24,000 bases of DNA. It comes from Nitrospirota bacterium. GTDB lineage: Bacteria > Nitrospirota > UBA9217. Positions 1 through 8,394 of this stretch are shown here, in pieces. The DNA lies in contig JAAXXJ010000007.1 in NCBI GenBank assembly GCA_013334545.1, positions 3,319 to 27,318 of the forward strand, read 5' to 3'. The notes below the pieces were generated by a model. It worked only from the letters and a program-made list of their open reading frames with translations, was not told the DNA's origin and did no database searches. The position numbers and the translations under genes are program-made. Position 1 is the first letter of the stretch. Every line of letters begins with the position of its first letter.

Positions 1-84
1 GGAGAACTTCTCCACCACGAAGCCGAAGGCCATGATGGAGATGCTCGTCCGTATCCACGCCAGGAATGTCCGCTCGTTCGCCAT
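1..84 (-). CDS. DUF202-family small membrane protein, N-terminal part, runs off the left edge
   Basis: Reverse complement of 1..84 translates from ATG as [28 protein letters not shown]. The NERTFLAW(I/L)RT signature is typical of DUF202/YidH-like proteins. Not in the ORF track because it is short and has no stop in the window. Confidence 0.85.
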   Translation of the reverse strand, partial: MANERTFLAWIRTSISIMAFGFVVEKFS

Positions 85-153
85 GTGAACACGGCGGTCC
101 CGTGCTTTGGTCGTTGAAATATCCCTCACGGGACCTTCCCTCACGTTCCTCTC

Positions 154-741
154 CTATCCTTCGATCAGCTTGAACATCCCGCTCCGGATCAGCTTGACCG
201 CGATGGCGGCGAGGAGGAGCGCCGCGACCTTGGCAAAAGCGCGCGTGCCGCCGATGCCCATGAATTTGATGATGCGCTCGGCCTGGGCGAAAATGAGCCA
301 GGCAAGCAGGATGTTGGCGATCAGCGAAAGGATGACCGGCGTATACCCGTAGCTCCCCACGAGCACCAGCGTGGTGGTGAGGGTGGCGGGGCCGGCGATG
401 AGGGGCGTGCCGAAGGGCACGACGCCGAAGGTAGGGGAAGCGGCGTGCTTCTTCTCGGCCGCCTGGACGATGTCCTGGATGGCGATGATCAGGAGCACGA
501 TGCCGCCGGCGATCATGAAATCCTCGACCATGATGCCGAGCGCCCGAAACACCGCCCTTCCCAGAAAGACGAACCCGATGGTCACGAGGAACGCCGTGAT
601 GATGGACTGGCGGATGATGGTCCGGCGCTCGTGCTTCTTGATGCCTTCGGTCATCGCCACGAAGAGCGGGAGCGTCGCCGGCGCGTCCAGCGCGACCATG
701 ATGGGAATGAGGCAGACCAAGAAATCGTTCAGCAGTTCCAT
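154..741 (-). CDS. MarC-family integral membrane protein
   Basis: 195-aa hydrophobic protein with MarC-like features: LDAPATLPLF, PFGTPLIAGPATLTTTLVL, and multiple transmembrane segments. Confidence 0.85.
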   Translation of the reverse strand: MELLNDFLVCLIPIMVALDAPATLPLFVAMTEGIKKHERRTIIRQSIITAFLVTIGFVFLGRAVFRALGIMVEDFMIAGGIVLLIIAIQDIVQAAEKKHAASPTFGVVPFGTPLIAGPATLTTTLVLVGSYGYTPVILSLIANILLAWLIFAQAERIIKFMGIGGTRAFAKVAALLLAAIAVKLIRSGMFKLIEG

Positions 742-829
742 GGATCGTGTCCTGGTGAAGAGGGGAGATAGGGTATGGAGAGAAGTATATCGGATGGCGG
801 CCGTTCTGTCCAGCCGGATGCGCCGGCAT

Positions 830-868
830 CAAAAAAGAAAAGGGCCGCTTGCCTTCGGGAGGCGGCCC
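830..868 (-). terminator. Intrinsic terminator at the end of the minus-strand cluster
   Basis: GGGCCGC (842-848) ... GCGGCCC (862-868) stem. On the minus strand it is followed by TTTCTTTTTT (complement of 831-840). Lies just after the stop of the radical SAM CDS. Confidence 0.8.
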
Positions 869-923
869 GTGTTGTTTCAAGGTGTGCTCGTTGGTCCATA
901 CCTGCCACCATGGTTCGCGCAGG

Positions 924-2378
924 TCAGACCTTGATCTTTTCCAGCATCTGATGGATCTCCTTCGGCATGACGCCCCTCATGGTCTTGGCGAGGTACGAAC
1001 TGGTGGCTATGATGTGGACCACCTTGATCATGAACTCTCTTTTTCTCGGGCTCATGGCATCGAGGGTGTTCATCTTGTGCATGTAGAAATCCCGTGCCGC
1101 CATGCCGAGCTCCTTTGCCACCTCCTCCAGGGTCATGTTCTTTGGCTTGACGACCGGTTCGACAAGGTTATACCTGCGGTAATCAAAGACCGCCACGTGC
1201 TCCCTGAGCGTGGGGTAGATCTCGGAATAGGGCCAGGGCGCGATCGCCAGAAAGAATGCGAGGTCGGGATTATAGAACTTGGCCAGTTCCACGGTCTTCC
1301 GCATTCCTTCCGCTGTATCATCGGGCATACCGAGCACAAAGGATGTTTCGGAAACGATGTCGTGGGCATTGATCAGATCAATAGCCCGCTTGGACTCCTC
1401 AACCTTGATGTTCTTGTTGAACAGGTCGAGCATCGCCTGATCCGTGGCCTCGACGCCCACGTAGATATGATCGACATGGGCTTTTTTATACTTCTCCATG
1501 ATATCCTCGTCACGGAGGATATCATCAACGCGGGTTTCCATAAGGATCCTGGTGCCCAGGTCCCGCTCGATCAACAGGTCGAGGATCCTTTCCCATCGCT
1601 TGCGGTCAAGCGTCGGCGTCTCGTCGGCGAACATGACCACGTTCACACCGTACCTGCCCCGCAGGTGTTCGAGCTCCGCAACGACGTTCTCGGGGCTCCG
1701 GCCCCGCCAGTTCCTCTGCCAGAACAGCTGCTGGGAGCAGAAGCTGCACCGCTGACTGCATCCGCGCGAGGTGCTGACAATGGCCAGCACCGAGTGCTCC
1801 ATGGGCTTGTACGTATAGATCGGCCAGTCCACGAGGTCCCATGCCATGGGCAGGCTGTCCAGGTCTTTGATGAAAGGCCGGGGAGGCGTGACGCTGACAG
1901 AGCCATTCCGGGCAAAAGCGATGGACCGCACCGAGGAGGGATCGCCATCGTTGGATATACAGTTGATGAGATCGACGACCGTTTCCTCGCCTTCACCCAT
2001 GACGATGTAGTCAACGGGATTGCCCTTCGCCGTCAGGATCTCGTCATAACAGTAGGTCGGGTGCACATTCCCGATGATGGTAATGATCCGGGGATCGATC
2101 TCTTTGGCCAGGGTGAGGACCTTGAGGGCATCCACGATCTCAGCGGTAAAAGCCGTGGTCCCTACCACATCAGGCTTCTCTGCTTCGATCCTCCTGCGGA
2201 TGTCATCATAGGTGTGCCAGTGGCTCATGGCATCGTATATGACCGGCTCATATCCGGCTGCCCGAAGGCTGCCCGCAAGATAGACAAAGGCGACATTCAT
2301 CCATACGCCCGCCGATTCAACAACACCGGAATGGTAGGGCGGGGTGATGAGCAGTATTTTCTTTATTCGATTTGTCAT
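924..2378 (-). CDS. B12-binding-domain radical SAM protein (BchE/cyclase-like superfamily)
   Basis: N-terminal Rossmann/B12-binding-like region (KILLITPPYHSG...VVGTTAFTAEIVDAL) and a CxxxCxxC radical SAM motif (STSRGCSQRCSFC). Start chosen at MTNRIKKILL (2378) rather than the longer track start at 2426. Confidence 0.85.
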   Translation of the reverse strand: MTNRIKKILLITPPYHSGVVESAGVWMNVAFVYLAGSLRAAGYEPVIYDAMSHWHTYDDIRRRIEAEKPDVVGTTAFTAEIVDALKVLTLAKEIDPRIITIIGNVHPTYCYDEILTAKGNPVDYIVMGEGEETVVDLINCISNDGDPSSVRSIAFARNGSVSVTPPRPFIKDLDSLPMAWDLVDWPIYTYKPMEHSVLAIVSTSRGCSQRCSFCSQQLFWQRNWRGRSPENVVAELEHLRGRYGVNVVMFADETPTLDRKRWERILDLLIERDLGTRILMETRVDDILRDEDIMEKYKKAHVDHIYVGVEATDQAMLDLFNKNIKVEESKRAIDLINAHDIVSETSFVLGMPDDTAEGMRKTVELAKFYNPDLAFFLAIAPWPYSEIYPTLREHVAVFDYRRYNLVEPVVKPKNMTLEEVAKELGMAARDFYMHKMNTLDAMSPRKREFMIKVVHIIATSSYLAKTMRGVMPKEIHQMLEKIKV

Positions 2379-2422
2379 GCAATCCTTCTGTAAATACCCG
2401 ATGCTGTTTCTTGTGAGGCTGT

Positions 2423-2770
2423 TCATTTGTACACCATGACATATTGCCAGAAGATGCCGGCGCTGAATACCGCAGACAGCAGGAGATGCTTGATAACGAG
2501 CATGCGTTTTCTCAGCTTTTCGGCATCATCTCCGTAAATATTTCCCACATAGGAGTAGGTGAACATCCTTCCGGCGCCTGCGGCAAGCACCGTCGTGACA
2601 CAGACGAGACCGATAAAGAAGAATTGTTCCTTGAGGCCGAAGAGCAGTCCACCGATGCCTTTTTCCTGTTCTATGCGGTGCACCCAGTACACGGCCAATA
2701 CCGAAGCGGCCCAGCATCCGGCGGCAAAGTCGTGGAGAAATCCGATGAATATGGTAAAGGCCTTTTTCAT
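2423..2770 (-). CDS. Small integral membrane protein of unknown function
   Basis: About 116 aa from MKKAFTIFIGFLHDFAAGCWAASVLAVYW... with three or four predicted hydrophobic segments. Colinear and closely spaced with its neighbours. Confidence 0.6.
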   Translation of the reverse strand: MKKAFTIFIGFLHDFAAGCWAASVLAVYWVHRIEQEKGIGGLLFGLKEQFFFIGLVCVTTVLAAGAGRMFTYSYVGNIYGDDAEKLRKRMLVIKHLLLSAVFSAGIFWQYVMVYK

Positions 2771-2839
2771 GCACTCGTTCGTTGGAGCGCTCGTTCGTAA
2801 CGGTTTCAACCCGTGATCCGAGAAGCGGGCCGTTGGAGC

Positions 2840-3322
2840 TCAACGTTGTGTATCAGTACCTTCCTGGTCCAGGAAAATATTTTCAAGCACCTTCACCTTC
2901 ATTACTTTCCAGGCGGCCCCAACCCTCACGCATTCATACTGAAGTTTCATTGCAGCCTGAATGATCTGACCGGGATTGCCGCCCGGTTTCAGAGGACGGT
3001 CATAATATCGCCATTGCTCCATGGTTTCAATGAGTTGGGAATCGGGACCGGTTGTCTGGGCGCTCACGATTTCAAGGCGTTCGAGCGTGGCTTCCAGCAC
3101 TAGGCCGCTGCCCCTTTTCGTTGTTACCAGCACGCCGACAATGCGCGCCTCCCGTTCGCCTGCAACATCAGCGAGCCTGGCCGTATCTCCTGTCCTGTGC
3201 GCCATAATGACGGCGCTGTTGTAGGAACGAACGATCTTTAAAGGGTCATCGGCTCGCGTGCAGGCAAAGTCTGCCAGGACAAACGCCGCACTGATCAGAA
3301 TGAATGTCCTGAGCTTAATCAA
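2840..3322 (-). CDS. Putative exported protein or lipoprotein of unknown function
   Basis: 160 aa with N-terminal hydrophobic segment and possible lipobox (MIKLRTFILISAAFVLADFAC). Stop region abuts the CcsA/ResC start side: 3322 versus 3323. Confidence 0.6.
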   Translation of the reverse strand: MIKLRTFILISAAFVLADFACTRADDPLKIVRSYNSAVIMAHRTGDTARLADVAGEREARIVGVLVTTKRGSGLVLEATLERLEIVSAQTTGPDSQLIETMEQWRYYDRPLKPGGNPGQIIQAAMKLQYECVRVGAAWKVMKVKVLENIFLDQEGTDTQR

Positions 3323-4144
3323 TTATCGACCTACCATGTAGGAATTATGAATCGTCGGAACCAGCAAGGTGACGATATACAACACCATGATCGCGAAACC
3401 GAACGCGACAAGCGTGAGATAGGCCATAGGGCGTCCGGACCAGCGATGGATAACCCGTAAGTGCAGGATTACGCCGAAGGCGATCCAGGCCGCCAGAGAA
3501 CTCGTTTCTATGGGATCCCAGGCCCAGTATCTCCCCCACGATTGGTGCGCCCAAAGCGATCCTGCCGCGATCATCACCCCGAGAAAGAAGAACGATACCA
3601 ACAGGAACTGGTGGCTGTAGCGGTCAAGTTTCTCTGCAGAAGGCAGCATGGACAGTCTCCGGTCTGCGCCCCTTTTTATCAGGTAGGCGACAGCGCAACC
3701 GGCAGCAAGCACGATCGTTGCAGCGAAGGCTTTTGCAAATCCGATATGCAGCAAAAGCCAGTAGGACTTGAATATGATGGGAACTTCATACTTGAGACCA
3801 TAGGCGCTGACCGCCCATCCCATGAGAAGAAACACCGCGGGCAGCACCATGGCTCCCAAGCCTTTCAACTCTTTTCTAGCCTGAACCACCCCGACAAACA
3901 TTGCAACCAGGACGAATGCGTTCGCGGACAGGACTTCGTAGCGGCTGCTGTACGGCCCGTGTCCCACCTCGACCCATCTCATTCCGAGCGAAACCGCGTG
4001 CGGGACAAGGGCCAGGAGGGTCAATCTGAAACCCCAGGCGCCGGCCAATTCCCGCTTAAATGCCGCCCAGATAAAAAAACTTGCCGTGGCGAGCGCATAC
4101 AGGGTCACGGCGGTCCAAAAAGAAATCGATTGGGCTATCATCAT
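3323..4144 (-). CDS. Cytochrome c biogenesis protein, CcsA/CcsB/ResC family (WWD-domain heme handling protein)
   Basis: 273-aa polytopic membrane protein with the diagnostic tryptophan-rich motif WAHQSWGRYWAWDPIETSSLAAW and flanking conserved histidines. Confidence 0.9.
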   Translation of the reverse strand: MMIAQSISFWTAVTLYALATASFFIWAAFKRELAGAWGFRLTLLALVPHAVSLGMRWVEVGHGPYSSRYEVLSANAFVLVAMFVGVVQARKELKGLGAMVLPAVFLLMGWAVSAYGLKYEVPIIFKSYWLLLHIGFAKAFAATIVLAAGCAVAYLIKRGADRRLSMLPSAEKLDRYSHQFLLVSFFFLGVMIAAGSLWAHQSWGRYWAWDPIETSSLAAWIAFGVILHLRVIHRWSGRPMAYLTLVAFGFAIMVLYIVTLLVPTIHNSYMVGR

Positions 4145-4207
4145 TCCTCTCTCATGCGGTGCAGCTTGAACTCAGCGCAATGACGTACTATGAATGCCGG
4201 TACATTA

Positions 4208-5446
4208 TCAGGTTTTACGGTTCTTAAAGCGATACCAGTCATCTGCAAGATTATTCTCATCCTGCGTAAGGTATATCCGCATTGTTCCGGTCGTGTCTTC
4301 CTCAGCGGCAATTCCCGCAGGAATCAGCATGACAGCAGTGCCCGCCACTAAAAGCACGAAACCGAAGAATACCATTGAAACACCGGGGGATCGAGAATAG
4401 GTAAAGCCAGCCCAGTGGCTCAAGGAAACAATTCTTGCTGTCTTGCCACCGAATGCGAAGGGCCGGCCAAGCGTTAGTTCCGTTTTCACTTCTTCCCGAA
4501 GGTGATAAACGCGGAGCTTGCCGGTCCCGAGCGGATCGCTGATATCACGCTCAGCGTCAACGGAAAAGAGTATTGATCCTCCAGAGGGGTCTTTGAACTC
4601 ACCTGCCGATCGTCTTAGTGATTCCTGTCTGAGATGAAGGCTGCGCAGACCCAACCCTTGAATCTCGACATTCAGTGCAAGGCCGAAAGGGATGGCTTGA
4701 TAGATCGATACTCCATTGATGCTCACACCCTCGGATCGGTCCAAAATGGTCCGCTGCTCGCTGTCTTGCGTTCGGATCACCACCGTGCTCGCCCGGTCGG
4801 GCGCATAACCCTCCTGGTGGAGATAGGGATCGAACTGTTCAAGAGCGAGCTGAATAGGGGGTAGAGCAGATGCGGCGAAGAGGCCTGCATTCCGGTCGAA
4901 AATCACGCCGCGATCGGACAAGCGGACAATTTCACCTTCACCGATCTCGAACGAACCGGCATCATGATAGGCCTGTTGCACCAGTATTCCCAAAATCAGC
5001 AGCACGAGCCCGACATGGAAGAGCCAGCCCCTGGTCAGCGCGAAGCGGTTTCTAAAATAGGGTGGGCTGCTTTTCGTGCGGAAACCCTGTTCTTTCAGAA
5101 ACGTGGTGAAATCGCGTTCCGTTTTGACTGCTAGAACTTTTCCGCGCTGGGGGATGTTTCCCTTTAGGAGCGTCCATGCACGGCCCGTACGTTCGATCGT
5201 GCAGGCGAGGGTATTTGCGAGGAGCAAAAAAACGGCGACCAGGAACGGCGCCGAGCTGAATGGCCGGTCAAGACCGGCTGCCAGGGCCCAGCTCGGGGCT
5301 TTTACGGATCGATCAAGGTTCCAGGGAAGCCAGGAGACCACGCCGATGAAGGTCGCCAGAATGATGAGAATTGAGAGAGCAAGGCGCGGCGAAGAAAGGA
5401 AGCTCCCAATCCTTTTCCGCCGCGCCTGATCGTCCATTAACGTCAT
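4208..5446 (-). CDS. ResB/Ccs1-like cytochrome c biogenesis protein
   Basis: About 412 aa: paired N-terminal transmembrane segments (SPRLALSILIILATFIGVVSWL; FLVAVFLLLANTLACTIERT), TRGWLFHVGLVLLILGILV, and a large extracytoplasmic domain with a C-terminal transmembrane segment. Adjacent to the CcsA/ResC-like gene. Confidence 0.85.
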   Translation of the reverse strand: MTLMDDQARRKRIGSFLSSPRLALSILIILATFIGVVSWLPWNLDRSVKAPSWALAAGLDRPFSSAPFLVAVFLLLANTLACTIERTGRAWTLLKGNIPQRGKVLAVKTERDFTTFLKEQGFRTKSSPPYFRNRFALTRGWLFHVGLVLLILGILVQQAYHDAGSFEIGEGEIVRLSDRGVIFDRNAGLFAASALPPIQLALEQFDPYLHQEGYAPDRASTVVIRTQDSEQRTILDRSEGVSINGVSIYQAIPFGLALNVEIQGLGLRSLHLRQESLRRSAGEFKDPSGGSILFSVDAERDISDPLGTGKLRVYHLREEVKTELTLGRPFAFGGKTARIVSLSHWAGFTYSRSPGVSMVFFGFVLLVAGTAVMLIPAGIAAEEDTTGTMRIYLTQDENNLADDWYRFKNRKT

Positions 5447-5459
5447 GCCCAATGATACG

Positions 5460-7940
5460 TCAGTGGCCCGAGCCGTTGCAGCCGCAATTACTTCGGGTCC
5501 AGTTTGTCGTATTATTCGCCGGATAGCTATTTATGTACAGCCTGTCGCCAGTGGCCGCTCTCATGTAGGGCGCGGAATTCACCGCTGTCGGAGGAGGAAC
5601 TCCCGCGCCCCGGCCAGCCGCAGAATGGAGAAGTCCTGGATGTTCACTGCCATGCGGTATCATGACGTGGCATTTCGAGCAGGCGATACTGTGGTCGCCG
5701 CGCGAGTGTTCCGGGAAACGGCCATTGCCGTCGTTGTTTGCGTGGCAGTTCAAGCAGAAGGTCCCTGCTGGCATCCATGCATTATTCGACAAACTCGCTA
5801 TTGTGGCATTCCATGTTGTGTTCGGGCCCTTCAGGATGAAGTTAGCGGCCGAACCATGCGGTCCGTTCGGATCCGTGATTGTATCCGAAGCGTGGCAATC
5901 TGAACAGGTCATGAAGCTCGATGTTGTCCAAGGTGCGATAATATTGTTTGTTCTACCGAGGTTATTCGTGGCTGCAGCCAAAACAGGATGGAATGAACCG
6001 GCTGTCTCGCCGCTTGCCCAAGCACCTGCATAGCTGCCGACATTATTCGGATTGAACTCCCGTGCCACGTCGGTCATGGCATAACTGCCGGATGGGGAGG
6101 TGGTGTTGTACGTTCCCGAATACACGGTATGGCACTTGAAGCACAGGGTCGCCTCAGGATCGGTACCGGAAACGATCGTTTTCTGCGTAAAGTTACCCGC
6201 TGTGGGCGCAATCCAGAAGCCCGGGTATGTTGTGAATGCAGCGCCGGTGGCTCCATTCAGAACTCCTCCCGCGGCATTTGTCTGCGCAGTATGGTTGCCT
6301 GCCTTGGCCTGGTGTGCACTATGGCAGTCACTGCATTTCTCGGAACTGTGCTTTCTCGTTTTTCCGAACTGCGTCTGGATATTGCTGGTCGCGCCGTTAG
6401 CCACCGTGGTCCCATGACAGTTGTAGCAGAAGTTACCCGCGTTCGTGGCAAGATATGCAGCGATCGTTGTATCGTAGGTGAACCGCATCATCTTATATTG
6501 GCCGGAGCCGTGGGCATTCGCAGTGCCTGCATTGCCATGACACGCCAGGCAGCCACCATATACACCATTCACACTATGCGCCTGCTGCGCCGCTGTCCAG
6601 CCGATGTTCGCGGGAGACGTGTTGTCTCCGGCCACACTAAAGGGTGAAAGCGCGTTGCCGCCGAGCCTAGTTGCTCCCGTGCCGTCGTGACAGCTGGAGC
6701 AGACCTGTTCTATCCCTGCAGGCGTGGTTGCGACATAGTTCCCCGGCGTTTTGGGGTCTCTCAACTGAACATTCGGCGATGCAGGTGCGCCTGCCGGATG
6801 TCCAAAATCGGTCACCAAGTCGCCATGGCAGACTGCGCAGGCATCTCTGTTCACGATCTCCGCCGTCGTTCCATCGGTCACATGGTGGTAGGTCTTTACG
6901 AAATCTCCGCTCGATCCGGTTACGACCCTGCGTCCATTCCGGGAAGAGCGGTGACAGGAGACGCAGTCTCCCGCCTGGCCATGGCAGAGCGTATTGTTGA
7001 AGCATCCCGGATTAGCTCCCGGTGGAAGTGGAGCATAGACAGGAGTCGGTGGATTTCCCAAGTGACAAAGCCCGCAAGCCGGGGCATTGGTCTCATCAGT
7101 CGTTGGGTGTTTCCTTGTCGACGTCGACTGCCACGGGAAGGCGTGGGGAGAATCCACTCCGGCGCCATGACAGCCGCCCGTGTTCAGGCAGGTGGGCGCA
7201 ATACCAGCACCGGCGAAATTATCCCCGTGGCAGCCCTGGCAGGAACTGAAGCCTGTCGCGGCCTTTGCGGCTGCTCCGTGAGCAGCAGGGTCGTTCCAGC
7301 CGGGAGCGTGCCCTACCTGGCCGTGGCAAAGGGTATTATTGAAGCAGCCCGGCGTCCCGGCTACAAGATTCGTTGGAACGGGGACCGACGTCAAGTTGGC
7401 ACCAAGTGCATGACAATCGGCGCAAACTGCTGCATTTCCTGTATTCGTGTCTGTATGCGTTCGTGCACTGCCCGCACTTGTACGCCAAGGCGTCGGCGAA
7501 TGCGGAGAATCGACCGTCGCGCCATGACAGCCGGCCGTGTTCAAACAAGTGATCGCGAAGCCTCCGGAAAAATCCGCTCCATGGCAGTGCCCGCAGTCGG
7601 CGAATCCCGTGCTTGAGGAGGGGGCTGCTTTCGCTTCAGCTCCATGCTGTGCTGGATCGTTCCAGCCTGCAGGATGCGCATGGCAGGATATACCATTAAA
7701 GGAAGCTGAATAACAGCTTACCCCGGATATGCCGCCCGTAAGGTCGGAACCGTGGCATTCTGTGCACTGGCTCGCGTCCGAGAGAAATACCGCCGGGTGG
7801 TCCGCGACCCAGTTGTCAGGGTGCTTCCCTGTTTTGGAATCAAATATCGCGCCGCCCTTGCGCGCATCGGTGCAAGCGCCGGCCAGCAGCAACAGCCCGA
7901 TGCTCAGGGTGAAGCCAATTCGCACGCTTATCGATGACAT
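5460..7940 (-). CDS. Large multiheme c-type cytochrome, putative lipoprotein, with GSu_C4xC__C2xCH-like repeats
   Basis: I counted 15 CxxCH motifs plus five expanded motifs ending in CH (CYSASFNGISCH, CLNTAGCH, CFNNTLCH twice, CLNTGGCH). Lipobox-like LLLLAGAC. ATG at 7940 is preceded by GAGAGGTG on the minus strand; the track start (7949) is a GTG. Confidence 0.92.
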   Translation of the reverse strand: MSSISVRIGFTLSIGLLLLAGACTDARKGGAIFDSKTGKHPDNWVADHPAVFLSDASQCTECHGSDLTGGISGVSCYSASFNGISCHAHPAGWNDPAQHGAEAKAAPSSSTGFADCGHCHGADFSGGFAITCLNTAGCHGATVDSPHSPTPWRTSAGSARTHTDTNTGNAAVCADCHALGANLTSVPVPTNLVAGTPGCFNNTLCHGQVGHAPGWNDPAAHGAAAKAATGFSSCQGCHGDNFAGAGIAPTCLNTGGCHGAGVDSPHAFPWQSTSTRKHPTTDETNAPACGLCHLGNPPTPVYAPLPPGANPGCFNNTLCHGQAGDCVSCHRSSRNGRRVVTGSSGDFVKTYHHVTDGTTAEIVNRDACAVCHGDLVTDFGHPAGAPASPNVQLRDPKTPGNYVATTPAGIEQVCSSCHDGTGATRLGGNALSPFSVAGDNTSPANIGWTAAQQAHSVNGVYGGCLACHGNAGTANAHGSGQYKMMRFTYDTTIAAYLATNAGNFCYNCHGTTVANGATSNIQTQFGKTRKHSSEKCSDCHSAHQAKAGNHTAQTNAAGGVLNGATGAAFTTYPGFWIAPTAGNFTQKTIVSGTDPEATLCFKCHTVYSGTYNTTSPSGSYAMTDVAREFNPNNVGSYAGAWASGETAGSFHPVLAAATNNLGRTNNIIAPWTTSSFMTCSDCHASDTITDPNGPHGSAANFILKGPNTTWNATIASLSNNAWMPAGTFCLNCHANNDGNGRFPEHSRGDHSIACSKCHVMIPHGSEHPGLLHSAAGRGAGVPPPTAVNSAPYMRAATGDRLYINSYPANNTTNWTRSNCGCNGSGH

Positions 7941-8371
7941 GTTCTGCACCTCTCATTGTTCTGATACCCGTGGCAGGGGAAGCAGGACGCGGGGTCCAGC
8001 TTGCCGTCGATCTTGTGCTGGTTCAGGTAATCCCCACGGTGCGGCATCGTTCTCTGCGGGGCATCCTTGTACTTATCACTGGGCTTCAGCTCTTCCTTGT
8101 TCGCGTGGCAGTCCGCGCAGAAGGCCTGCGTGTGGCAGAGCTCGCAGGTCCGCTTCTGCTGGGCGGCCGAGAACTGGTGCCGGCTGGCCCAGTTCTCCCG
8201 GTGGTCCATGGAGGTGCGCCAGTCGGTGTGGCAGTTGCTGCAGACCGGCATGCCCTGCACCTCCATGGGGTGCTTCGCCGGGAGGCTCTGCGTGGTCGCG
8301 CAGGCGAACAGGATGCCGGCGATCATCATTGCCATACTGCCGAGGATCAGGGTCTTTGCTGTTCCGCTCAT
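7928..8371 (-). CDS. Small multiheme c-type cytochrome (5 CxxCH motifs)
   Basis: CSNCH, CELCH, CADCH, CFPCH, CRTCH in 147 aa. N-terminal signal or lipobox-like segment MMIAGILFAC. Confidence 0.92.
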   Translation of the reverse strand: MSGTAKTLILGSMAMMIAGILFACATTQSLPAKHPMEVQGMPVCSNCHTDWRTSMDHRENWASRHQFSAAQQKRTCELCHTQAFCADCHANKEELKPSDKYKDAPQRTMPHRGDYLNQHKIDGKLDPASCFPCHGYQNNERCRTCHR

Positions 8372-8394
8372 GGCCTCTCCTGAATGGTGCTGCC

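Noticed and set aside
849-2393. 514-aa plus-strand ORF opposite the radical SAM gene
   Set aside because: Low-complexity His/Asp/Gly/Arg composition with no recognisable motif. It is the antisense shadow of a GC-rich, convincingly coding minus-strand gene.
6687-7616. 309-aa plus-strand ORF (and several shorter ones) opposite the large cytochrome
   Set aside because: The cytochrome frame has dense, regularly spaced heme motifs. The opposite frame has none and is explained by codon bias and internal repeats.
6900-7700. Regularly spaced repeated units that could suggest a CRISPR or tandem DNA array
   Set aside because: The repeats are codon-phased heme-binding protein modules (CFNNTLCHGQ, GWNDPAxHGA), with variable spacing and degenerate DNA identity.
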